Assembly (NCBI RefSeq): GCF_006345805.1
Contig: NC_043009.1
Location: forward strand, 16,988,001 to 17,052,000
Origin: Octopus sinensis
Taxonomy: Eukaryota
DNA length: 64,000 nucleotides
Direction of reading: 5' to 3'
Each line of letters starts with the position of its first letter. Positions within the stretch are counted from its first letter, which is position 1. The translations under genes were made by a program, and so were the position numbers. Below, one piece after another: positions 1 to 11,491 of the stretch. The notes below the pieces were generated by a model, which saw only the letters and a list, made by a program, of their open reading frames with translations, made no database searches and had not been told where the DNA came from.

Positions 1-248
1 TCATGTAGTCGTGTGTCCCTGGTGCATGTATTAGAAACTATAGTACAAATCCTTTTTGATAGATTGAAAGGGATATTCATTCTAGTGTGTCTGGGGTGGC
101 ATGAATATAAATTACCTATAATTTTTTTATTTTATGCTGACTACCTGATAAAATCATTAATATGATTTTATCCTTCTATTCTAGTATGTGTGTGTGTATA
201 TACATACATATATATATACATATACATATATATATATGTACATATATA

Positions 249-283
<35 letters not shown>

Positions 284-897
284 AGCAGTGAGTAACAAAA
301 GTATTACCAAACAAAGAGGAGAGCATATTTGCATATTTGTGCTTTAAAGTAAACATGTATTTTGTGTACAGCATAGCATAAATCAGAAGTAGTAACTAAA
401 CACTCCATGCTTTGATAGGCGAAGGAGATTGGGTGTCTTTTTTGAGGATTGATCAACAAACTGTGAAGTGGTCAGTCATGAAATTCTCATTCCAGTTGTA
501 AAACATTTGCCACAACAAATTCCATCTGACCCATGCAAGTATGGAAAAGTGGACATTAAATGATGATGCAGTTGATATAGATACACACACACACATGCAC
601 GCGTGCGCTTGTGTGTGTGTGTATGTGTGTTTATGTGTGTGCATATGTGCATGTGTGTGTTAACATACCAGAGCCCTGCTGTTAAAAGAGGTACTTATCA
701 TAAAAAAGAACCAATGATAATTTCTTAAACAGACACAAAACCTTAAAGTAAGAAGAGATATTCAAGTAAAAAAAAACATTCGCAACAACAACAATATGAT
801 CTTACAACGTAGGCAGACCAGTATTTTCACAACTCATTCCATTCTCTTTAAGCAGAATACAAAATTCCTCATATTCATTCTCTCCATTGTAACATAC

Positions 898-992
898 CCT
901 GGTTTCTTGTCGCTTCAGTTCCAACAACCTAATTTTTTCATACTTCCTTCGTTCTGCTTCTTCTTTTTCTGCTTGGGCTCTTAAGGTTTCTT
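898..992 (-). CDS. DNAI7: Coding exon 3 of the DNAI7/CASC1-like gene (coiled coil); may extend to 806
   Basis: Acceptor ttcatttttaatag|AA GAA ACC (phase 1) and donor AGG|GTATGT. Peptide (E)ETLRAQAEKEEAERRKYEKIRLLELKRQETR resembles CASC1 EEARLKYEKEEMERLEIQRIEKEK. An alternative donor TT|GTAAGA lies at 805. Confidence 0.65.
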
Positions 993-3299
993 CTATTAAA
1001 AATGAACAAAAATTAAATAAATAAACAAATCTTATAATAATTCTGCTTGTCATTGCATTACTTAGTCCATTGGTAACACTTTCACATGATTAGAGAAAAA
1101 GAGGGAGAAAGAAAAAGAGGATAAGGTGAAGAGTGAGACAAAAAGAATGAGAATGAGAAAGAAAAAGAGAGGGAAAGATGGAGTGAGAGAGGAAAAGTGG
1201 GAGGGAGAAGAATCCATGACATGAGGTAGGGGAAGGTAATAATTTTAGCAGAGGGGTGATGTTCTGATGGTGAAGCTAAAGAAAGGCAGAGAGAGAGAGA
1301 GGGAAGAGAGAGGAAGGAGAAAGAGAGAGAGAGATGATGATGGTGGTGGTTGTAGTGGTAGTGACTGGATAGTGAAAAGTGCATATTTTTAATTAAACTA
1401 AGTTTTTTTTTATATCCCCTATCACTTAACGCATGCACATATGTGCAATTCCGTGAAATATTTGTGCCTATTTACATGGCAGATATATGCAATTTAACTA
1501 AAGATTGTTTCATATGTACAGGATATTTGTTTTTGTTTAAGGGAAAAGAAGAGTAAATATTTATTTTATGAGTGCTGCGTATTAAGTCTATTAAATTGTG
1601 CATTAAGTATATAAAGTGTATATATAAAGTGCATTAAGTAAACATCATGTTCCAATTTCTTTCACTTTTCAATGAATAGCTGATGAGTGACTCTCTTTCC
1701 ATACAGACACAACACAGGCTATTCTTTCAGGTTTTTTAGGATAAAGCTTTCAGAAATAATCCACGAAGTTCACCATTAATTCCGTATCAATAAATAAATA
1801 AGGAGATGTGATAGTGGTTATTGTGGTCATGTGCATGTGGTTTGGTGGTTGTTGGTTGTTTTGTCCTAGAGGAAGTGATACCTGTTGGTGCTGCTTTGCT
1901 TAAGCAGGTGTAAACATGCAGATAGTTAGCTGAAGTGACAAAGCATAATCCAGAGATCTGATTTCCCAGCTATATCATGCTAGTGCTACGTTAAAAGCTC
2001 TGGCACCAGCACCACTTAAAAAGCACCCAGTACACTCTGCGGAGGGGTTGGCATTAGGAAGGGCATCCAGTCATAGAAACCATGCCAAAAAAAAAAAATA
2101 GTCTTGTGCAACCCCTGGCCTTACCAGCTCCAGTCAAACCATCCAACCCATGCCATGGAAAACATACATTAAATCATCATTATCATCCTCATCATTATCA
2201 TAGTCGTCATCATCATTGTCATCATCATCGTCATCATCGTCATTATCATCATTCCTCTGCGAAGCTATGTAAACTACGTAACACAGTCTGAAATGCAACA
2301 GTGCAACGCAATGTGGATAGTCTGGACAGATTGCATTCTCTCTAGTGATAACCATGATGGATGTAAGTATGGTGGACTTAGTCAGAGTGCAGTAATTGCT
2401 GTTCATCACAGGGCAGTGTTTGCAGCCAGTGAGCCTGTTGGTATTTCTGTTATTTCTGTGTGTGTGTTCCCCATTCTTGTCAGGACTGAGTGAAATAGTG
2501 CTTGTTAGATGTTGTTATAGTTGTGTCCTAGGGTTATTCTATGTTTGTCTGGATGCTTGGAAGTGCTTTTTCATTTAATAGCGGGGACTGTGATGGTTGA
2601 AAATTACTGAGCAAAAAAGCCAAGTCCTTCATGTATTCAAGTGATCATCCCTTTTTTTTAGTATTTTTGTCTTGTTGTGTAAGTGTACAACCTGTTCTGA
2701 TGCATAGTATACAGCTTTGTGTATTTCATGGTTTTGCTGTGGAGATCCCAGGCAGTACAAAGTATACTTCAGCATAGATCTTTATGTACTTCTTCTAAGC
2801 TATTGTTTTATTGTTTGAGTTGACCAAAGGCTCTATCTGTGTGTGCGCTAAATAGGTTTCTGCATTCTTTCGCTCCATTTACTGTGTCTTCTTTGCATGG
2901 TGTGGATGTGTTGTAAGTAAGTAAGTAGTTTTGTCATCTTTTTTTTTTAATCTTTTTACTTATTTCAGTCATTAGATTGTGGCCATGCTGGGGCACTACC
3001 TTGGAGAATCTTTTAGTTGAATCTATCGACCCCAGAACTTTTTTTTGAGCCTGCCGAACCACTAAGTTATAAACACACCAGCACAAGATGTCAAGTGATG
3101 GTGGGGGACAAACACAAACACAAGGACACACACATGTACAACAGGCTTCATTCAGTTTCCTTCAACCAGATCTACTCATAAGAAAACACTTGCTCAAAGT
3201 GCCGCACGCTGGACTGAACCCAGAACCATGTAGCTGAGAAGCAAGCTTCTTACCAGTCCTACATGCACCAACTGTGTATATATAAGTTACACATGTATT

Positions 3300-4140
3300 G
3301 CTGACTGTGATGATTGCTTGTGTTTAGTGTTCTCTGGTACTGCTTTAAGCCTGTTATTTTGGAACTAGTTTTCCAAGTGACTGGTGTAAGAGTTGTGCAA
3401 CTACAGGTGGAAAATAAAGGGGAGGATGTGAGTGCAATCTCACCTGCATATTAGTGGTGAGTATGTTTCAAGAAAGTGTACAAAGGTTATATATATGTAT
3501 ATAGATTGAAAAGAATGGGTGAGACACTACATCCCTGTGGTACACCGATAAACAAAAACCATAAGCAGTTGAAGGGTTGTTCCCTTATATTTCATAGGCT
3601 TGACAACCTGACAGGTATTTTACCAGTTGATGCTTTGTGTTGTTCCTTTAGGTGATATAGATATTTCTTTCTTGTTTAAGGGATAGCGAGTAAAGGAGTT
3701 GAAAGTTTGCTAATGTCAGTGATAGTTAAAACTACCATCAGCAAACTTTCAACTATATTTGTAATATGCAATTTTGGTTGCTGTAGCTGTTATGTGTTCC
3801 TTGTTTATTAGTTGTGTGAAGGTTGAATATTGTAGTCTGAAACCATGTTTATGGTTTACAGAGGAAGATGTCTGCAGTGTTGATGTCAAGATTATCATTT
3901 CTAAATTTTCGATGATACATATACAAGAGTGATGTGTCTGTGTGATATAACTTTAGCTTCATTTCAGAATTTTGTTGGATTTTAGAATTATTATGATTTT
4001 GCCCATCTTCGAGATTCTATTGCTATTATGGTGTTGATGTAAGTAGTCATAGAAGATGGTGAGTGCTGGGATACTAAGTTGTAATTCTTTTGTGCACTTG
4101 TGTATTGTGTTTGAGACCCTGTGAGGCCTTTGACAACAGG
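3300..4140 (-). mobile_element. Jockey/I-like RT remnant
   Basis: Degenerate HGFR..YST.TQL, TITDISK and GVPQGC motifs in the expected RT order. Confidence 0.45.
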
Positions 4141-4532
4141 CTGCTGTCTACTCTTATAGAATTAACCCAACCAAGTAAAATCAAGAGGTCCATCATCATC
4201 ATCATTTAACGTCCGTTTTCCGTGCTAGCACGGGATGATGATCATGATAATTAGACACATGACTATTGTGTCTAGCTGAACTCAATTTTACCGTTCATCC
4301 CCTTGGGGTTGATGAAACAAATTATCAGTCAAGAACTGACTTGCCCTTTCCCTTCACAATTGCAAGCCTAGAACCCTTCAAGGGACAGGCAGCATCCTGT
4401 TCAGGGAGAATGTTGTGAGATCAATTGCTCATACGCCATGGAAACTGGGTAACCAGCATTAATATTCCTAGATCTCAAGGGCAAAAGAAAAAAAAGGGAA
4501 AATCAGGATAACAATTAATTTGAACTTTGAAC

Positions 4533-4647
4533 CTTCTTCATTGGTTTTCCTCTCAAGTTCTTCTTTTTCTTTGGATTCAGTGTCTTTTGCCATCAACACC
4601 TTCTTCGGTACATTCTTTGGTTCCTTCTTTTTCTTCTTCTTGGGACC
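4533..4647 (-). CDS. DNAI7: Coding exon 2 of the DNAI7/CASC1-like gene (Lys-rich, then charged coiled coil)
   Basis: Acceptor catttttcttgacag|GGT CCC AAG. Only frame 0 is open: GPKKKKKKEPKNVPKKVLMAKDTESKEKEELERKTNEE+G. The proposed phase-1 donor G|GTTCAA is weak but is phase-compatible with the exon at 992. Confidence 0.6.
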
Positions 4648-6073
4648 CTGTCAAGAAAAATGGACACATTACTAGATAGGTCAACTGAAATTAACCCTTT
4701 ATAGCCAGCACTGATTGTAATTGCTATAGAAAATCTGTAGAGATAACCTTAACACGTGATTTAATAGCACTGCTAACACAGGTAGGACACAGTATTGACT
4801 TATAAAGCATTTAATATACTATTTAATATATATACTAGCAGAGATACCCGGCATTGCCCGTGTTACATGCAATTGAAGAATTAGACTTTTCTGTTATATT
4901 TTCTGTAATGAACTGGAATACCTATGTTTCGAATTTCATCAAAATTGCAGATGAGGGTTATTTCCCTCTTTACACACCCTAAAAAGGTTGTAATCGTGCC
5001 ACATGTATCCCATACTACTGATTTTTATGTGCATATTCCAAAATTTCAATCTTATTGAACCTGTTAAAAGGATTTTACTCCTGAAAAATGGAGGTCATGG
5101 AGCTCTAAAATGTGAGAGTTGAGGCCCCTGTTGGGGGTGGGCATCTTAATGTCAAGCAGAGAAGTTGAATTGTTGAGAATCATTTTACCTTGGGTCCTAT
5201 ATCTATTGTTTGAATTTCTTTGAAATAGGAAATATATGTTCACTGGGATTGTAAAAGAGAGCAAAGCTACAGGAAACTAAAAGACGAATGATCCCAATAA
5301 GCAGTCAGTTACCCTACCCTGGTTGTTACCACTCCCAATGTAGAATTCTTCACCATCCAGGTGACAGGCACAGCCGTAAGATGCATTATGGATCTATAGC
5401 AATTGGAAGGGCGTGACCCAAATGAAATAAACATTAACAACTGTGTGACGTGAGGGCTAAAGAGAAATGAAAGTGTTACATCTGGAGTTTGCAAATGACC
5501 ACTATACCGATAGGTAACTGGACAGAATATATTTACAATCTATAAATGTCTTTGAATAACCAGTCACTCATCTGGGAAGGCCTTGAAATTAATGTTACCA
5601 TCAAGGGACTAAGTGTGACCCAGTGACAATAAGAAGACTCAAAGGCAGTCTGCAACCAAATAACTTTACTGAACACTTTGCAACTGAATCAGTGGAGGTG
5701 AAGATGCCTCTCGTTTACTTAGAATCCTCATGAGAAGTGGAAACTTTGAGAATACTTCATCAACATTGAAAATTTATGAATTTCCATGGAGGTTCTTCCC
5801 CCTTTAAGCCATCTCAAATTCAAACCAAATGTACTGCATTATACCCACCCTTATGCATTGAATCTAAGTTCCAAATATTATAAAGATCCATTCAGTAATT
5901 TTGGTCCATAAAATTGTATGAAAGACACAGCATTGCCCTTCTTCCTAGGCTTGGATTTTGTGTTCCAAATTTCACTAGGATCGGTGCAGTAGTTTTCGAA
6001 TGTATAAGTAACACATGAACACATAAAGACATTGACTTTGATATAATAGATATGAATATGCACATATACATTC

Positions 6074-6425
6074 ATGTATGTGTGTGTGTGTGTGTATAGG
6101 TGTATATATGTATGCATGTATATATGTGTATATATATGTGTACATATTACATATACATCTACATATATACATCTACACATATACATGTATACATATACAT
6201 CTATATCTATATATATACATCTACACATATACATGTATACATATACATCTCTATATATATACATCTATACATATATATCTATACATATACATCTATATAT
6301 ATATATACATTTGTGCAGATGTATACATATAAATATATATATATATATATATATATGTATACACACACATAATATATATATTATATATATATATATATGT
6401 ATGTATATATGTATGCTTATATATA
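6074..6425. repeat. TA/CA-rich degenerate minisatellite
   Basis: Repeated tatatacatctacacatatacatgtatacatatacatct unit and (TA)n; source of several spurious Y/I/H/T ORFs. Confidence 0.9.
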
Positions 6426-6426
6426 T

Positions 6427-6832
6427 ACTCTCTTTACTCTTTTACTTGTTTCAGTCATTTGACTGTGGCCATGCTGGAATATCACCTTTAGTCGAGCAAA
6501 TCGACCCCAGGACTTATTCTTTGTAAGCCTAGTACTTATTCTATCGGTCTCTTTTACCGAACCGCTAAGTTACAGGGACATAAACACACCAGCATCAGTT
6601 GTCAAGTGATGTTGGGGGGAGGGGCAAACACAGACACACAAACATACACACACAAATACATATATATATATATACGACAGGCTTCTTTCAGTTTCCGTCT
6701 ATGAAATCCACTCACAAGGCTTTGCTCGGCCCGAGGCTATAGTAGAAGACACTTGCTCAAGGTGCCACGCAGTGGGACTGAACCCAGAACCATGTGGTTC
6801 GTAAGCAAGCTACTTACCACACAGCCACTCCT
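6427..6832 (-). mobile_element. Family A bipartite tRNA-derived SINE (head, (TA)n(TG)n linker, tail)
   Basis: Near-identical to the copy at 25274-25680. Head ggagtggctgtgtggtaag..gggttcagtcccactgcgtggc and tail ..gtcaaatgactgaaacaagtaaaagagtaaaga. Further full or partial copies lie at ~2940-3270, 18310-18540, 19190-19520, 47230-47460, 48650-48810, 49610-49830, 53380-54095, 55720-56025 and 62085-62185. Confidence 0.9.
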
Positions 6833-7764
6833 ACGCCTATGTGAGATAATAGTTTCGGTATTAAAGTGAAACTATTAAAGTAAAAATACCTGACACTACA
6901 ATAGAGAGATGTTATTGTTTCACTTTTGACAGGTAATACTGAAATAGTGGAGGAGATATGATTTTGCTCTGGGCTCGCACTAGGCAAGAAGTTAAAAATT
7001 ATTTCGGCCTATGACACTACATGGACCCTAAGTAAGGCATGTGTAAAATTTGAATGAAATTGGTTGTGTAGTTCTCAAGTGTTAGGGATTCACACAGACG
7101 CACAGACACACATTCTCATCTTTATATATATAGATGGTTGCATAACGAAATGCCATGTACCTACAAATCATTACTTCAACATAGTTTACCTGGGGCTGCA
7201 GGCTAATATAATGAATGTTTACAGCAATAATATTGCTCCAGAAACCAATGCATCACCAGGCCTGGGAATCGAAATCACAATCTTGCAATCAGGAGTGCAA
7301 CACTCTAACCACAAGGTCTTGTGCCCCCACACATACAAACATATAACATACATACATACATGCATCCCATGTTCTGCAACTTCATGTTATGCAATTCCTG
7401 CTTATAGAAATGGTAAATTATGACTGCTAATTTCAGGATACAGTCTATAATTACACTTCCACAGAAACTTGGATAAATTTGAAGAATTTAACGACTACAC
7501 TTTTTTCTAAAACAAAAGGCCATTTCTCAGCATTTTAGCCAAGATCAAAGTAGCTAGCAGTTTGAAAAACTATAATCACAATACACACACAATCTCTCAC
7601 ACATACACACACTCCATACATCCCCTCCACACACACATAGACAGTGGTGGGTGAGCTCGTAAGTGTTTATGCACGCATTACTATAAACATTTATGGTGTA
7701 AAGGGGAGTTTTTCACTATGAATATTTGCGTGTGGATATGTATATTTTCTTGGGTCACCATGAA

Positions 7765-7892
7765 TATCTATCTATCTATCTGTCAGTCTGTTTGCCTGTG
7801 TCTATCTATCTATCTATCTATCTATTTATCTATATAGATGATAGAGAGACAGACAGACAAACAGACAGATAGACAGATAGATAGACTGACAG

Positions 7893-7949
<57 letters not shown>

Positions 7950-8030
7950 TAGATAGATAGATAGACAGATAGATAGAGAGATATAAAGACACATAGATAA
8001 AAAGACAGGTAGACAGATAGAAAGACAGAC

Positions 8031-8069
<39 letters not shown>

Positions 8070-8071
8070 AG

Positions 8072-8126
<55 letters not shown>

Positions 8127-8155
8127 GATAGATGACAGACAGACAGATAGATACA
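7765..8155. repeat. Compound (CTAT)/(GACA)/(TA)/(GA)/(GATA) microsatellite
   Basis: Seen directly in the sequence. Confidence 0.95.
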
Positions 8156-8859
8156 TAAAAAAAACATCACCATTCACCACCACAACCACTATGTATCAAC
8201 AAGACTAATGCAACTAGCATCAACACCAAATCCAATACCACCATTCCCATCACCACCAACTCCTTAATGACAAACAACAACAACAACAACAACAATAGTA
8301 TGAACAAGATAAGCAACTCCATCTAAAATATAAAACAATCACACGAAGTAATGTGGTACCCTGGTGTATTTTCAATGTTGAATGGAATTTCTTTGATCTT
8401 AAGTCAATGAGGATTGACTTGAGATTAAATAGCAACAACAATACTATTAACAAGAACAATATGACCACTGCTACCAACTACCATTACTATCACCACCACC
8501 AATACAATCACCACCAGTGTCAGTATCAGTATGACAGCAACGGCTGGAGCTAGGTATGTGGTACAGCAACCCAACAATGTGTGTGTGTGTGTGTGCATGT
8601 GTGTGTGTGTGTGTGTGCATGAGAGAGAGGGAGAGATAAAGAAAGGGAAAGAGAGTAGAGTGTAGGAGTTTTATGACTCAAGTTAGAGGTGCAAGGGTGA
8701 TGTGTCCATGAACCTGGTAACCCTTCAACCAACTGTAATCATATAGTATTTCTCCACCACCACCACCACCACTACCACTGCACTCCTTCACGTTTCATCT
8801 CATTTCAATTCTTATATCCACAAGGAATAAGACAACCATTTTTGGCTCTCAAAAACAGT

Positions 8860-9810
8860 TCTTTCCTGATTATATGTATTTTACTATTCATTTCGTGTGG
8901 ATAATGTTTTGATTACAGCCACAGTTGAATTTGCTCACAATTCAAAGTGTCTGGAAAGAAGCCATCAAGTAGAACTGAAAGAAACACTGCAAAAAAAAAA
9001 AAATCACCAAAGTTTTGTACTGGAATACAAAAAGGTTCGATGCAAGAGAAAATTTAGCCAAAACATTTTACATTTGCAAACATCTACAGTGGAACCAAAC
9101 ATGCTAAAAGAGAGAAAATTAAATCAAAAGCTCAAGAAGTTATTCTTATTTCTTTATTGCCCACAAGGGGCTAACAAGGATAGATAAAGGGATTAAGTCG
9201 ATTACATCGACCCCCAATGTGTAATTGGTACTTAATTTATCGACCCCGAAAGGATGAAAGGCAAAGTCGACCTCAAGAAGTTATTCTGTTAACTCCTAGA
9301 CCTTATTTTGTCATACATCTAATTTAATGCAATGTTTAAAATCGGACGGCCCTTTGGCGTATGGGTTGAGGATTGAACTCAGTGCATTGTGCACAATGGT
9401 AATTAAAAAAAGGCAAAAAAACAGAGGTGTGTATGACAATTTGCAGAAAAAGGAAAATTGAAACTTAGAATGTAAAAACTTTTTTGGTTAGTATACACTG
9501 GTTTTAAGGATTTACGAAGTGCTTCATTTTACAGAACATAGAAATAACTGGTGAAGCTACCAGTTCCTATACAAAAAGTTTGCTTCTAATTATCCTGAAC
9601 AGCTGACAACAATTTTTAGTATATGTCTTGCCCAAGGCAACAATGACTGCTAATGAGGGCTACACACAAGAGAAAGTACACAATGTTGATGAAAGTACAC
9701 TTTTCTGGAAACTCATGCCAGTTAGAATTATTATTTCTCGAGAAGAGAAGTCAACACCTGGATTTAAAGATTCCAAAAATTCATCTGATGTTTCTTCCAG
9801 GAAAAAATGT
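8860..9810 (+). mobile_element. Tigger/pogo-type transposase remnant
   Basis: GYTQEKVHNVDESTLFWKLMPVRIIISREEKSTPGFKDSK matches the pogo N.DETGL.W..MP.RT.I..EEK..PGFK motif, preceded by ITGEA. It is interrupted by a SINE at 9147-9271. Confidence 0.75.
9147..9271 (-). mobile_element. 5'-truncated SINE (family C) with a 16-bp target-site duplication
   Basis: Core gtcgactttgcctttcatcctttcggggtcgataaattaagtac. Flanked by direct repeats ctcaagaagttattct at 9131-9146 and 9272-9287. Confidence 0.85.
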
Positions 9811-10906
9811 CTGCAGTCACCTTATTCACTACATCCCCAACCTTACCCAATCACCACATCCATCACCTGTATATACTTCCCTGTCTTCCCTCCAATGTAT
9901 ATTTACCACCCCTCAGCACTTGCTCTTCATTCGTTGTATTCACTCCTCACCAATTCCCAATCTTTAACCATTCCTTACTCTCCCCATACATTCTTGCAAA
10001 CTCAACTCACCCACACCACCTGTTCAATTGTCCCTATTCACTTCCACTCACCTCATACCTCGAGGATCCACTCTGATACTTCAACTCTGCTATTTTCTTT
10101 TTCCCAACTTTTCCCTTAGATACTCCCACCCTCTCTCCTATGTGTGTAGCCATGTAGCTCCTCTCCAGCAAGATTCCTGGTCTGTTCTGGCTCTTTTCCA
10201 TACTTTAAACTCCCATTCCCTAGAATAAAACTCCGCCCCTCTCGACTGTAGCCCTGTCAATCAGACGAAGGGAATCTTAGTCTTGCAGGCTTCAGGGCGA
10301 TCTTCACAAACAAATCAGCTGGTACACTCCGTACGATGACGTTAGGAATGAGATCTAGCAGTACAAACCATATCAAAGTAGACATCTGAGCACACAATGC
10401 ATTCTTCAGACCTTTTAGATACTATCAAACCATTCAACCCATGCCAACATGTATGAACATGTATGAGTGTTCGTGTGTATGAACTTGTCTGATAAAAATG
10501 GTTTACTTTATAGTTATTCCTATTTCTTTGTCTACACACACACACACACATGGTATTGATATATACGAAGAAGGCCTAATAATCTCTTAGGTACAAAGCC
10601 ACAGAGGCTAGTCGATTAAACCGACCTCAGTACTAGGCCGAAACTTTATTTTATTGGCACGAGAAGGATTTGAACTCTTAATAATAGTGGAATGGAAGGT
10701 TTATGATACCTGTGGAGTATCTCCGGAGTATCTGCTTTTCCCATTATAATTATTTTTGTAGTTTCAAGGAGCTGGAACGGGTCACCAATTTGTAACGCCT
10801 GTGCAAGCGAGGTGGTGAGACTGGCTCCTTAGAACATCACACGGTCGATACAATAACAATAACTAAATACGAGGAGTTTTGTGTTACTGCATTCTAATGC
10901 GACTAT

Positions 10907-10972
<66 letters not shown>

Positions 10973-10986
10973 GTGTGTGTGTGTGT

Positions 10987-11035
<49 letters not shown>

Positions 11036-11156
11036 ATATATATATATATATATATATTTAATATGCTATATAAGATACTTATTTTCTTAGGGCCGAAACT
11101 TTTTCGATAAGAATACCAGGTTGATATAACATTAACCAGTTAGAGAACTTGGAAGC

Positions 11157-11224
<68 letters not shown>

Positions 11225-11431
11225 ATTATCCGTTGATTATTGTTATCGTAATTATATTAAGTAACTTCCACTGCATAAACACTGAAGAGATTTTAAGCTC
11301 CGAAATGAAATAATAACCACAACATGCGTATTATGTTAAATATATTGTATTGAAATTAAGAATGAAGCTGGCGAAATGAATTCAGAATTAATGTTTATAA
11401 CAATAAACGAGTAGATTTGACGGAAACTCAC

Positions 11432-11434
11432 CAT
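11432..11434 (-). CDS. DNAI7: First coding exon (ATG only) of a DNAI7/CASC1-like ciliary gene, tentative
   Basis: Minus strand reads ccgcaaaATG|GTGAGT: good start context followed directly by a consensus donor. A phase-0 join to the exon at 4647 gives M-GPKKKK. An X-box lies 44 bp upstream. Identity rests on remembered similarity to the human DNAI7/CASC1 N-terminus (MGPKAKK...), which is low-complexity, so it is tentative. Confidence 0.6.
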
Positions 11435-11477
11435 TTTGCGGAAAGTTAAGCTTGTTACTGTCTCTTAAGCTTGTTTG

Positions 11478-11491
11478 GTTACCTTGGAAAC
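11478..11491 (-). promoter_or_regulatory. RFX X-box motif
   Basis: GTTTCCAAGGTAAC on the minus strand, one mismatch to the X-box consensus GTTNCCATGGNAAC. It sits 44 bp upstream of the ATG, inside a locally CpG-rich, repeat-poor block (~11230-12720). Confidence 0.7.

Noticed and set aside
10240-10310. CAGACGAAGGGA motif after a pyrimidine-rich PLE-like tail
   Set aside because: It could be a decayed hammerhead, but the GAAA and triplet parts are not recognisable.
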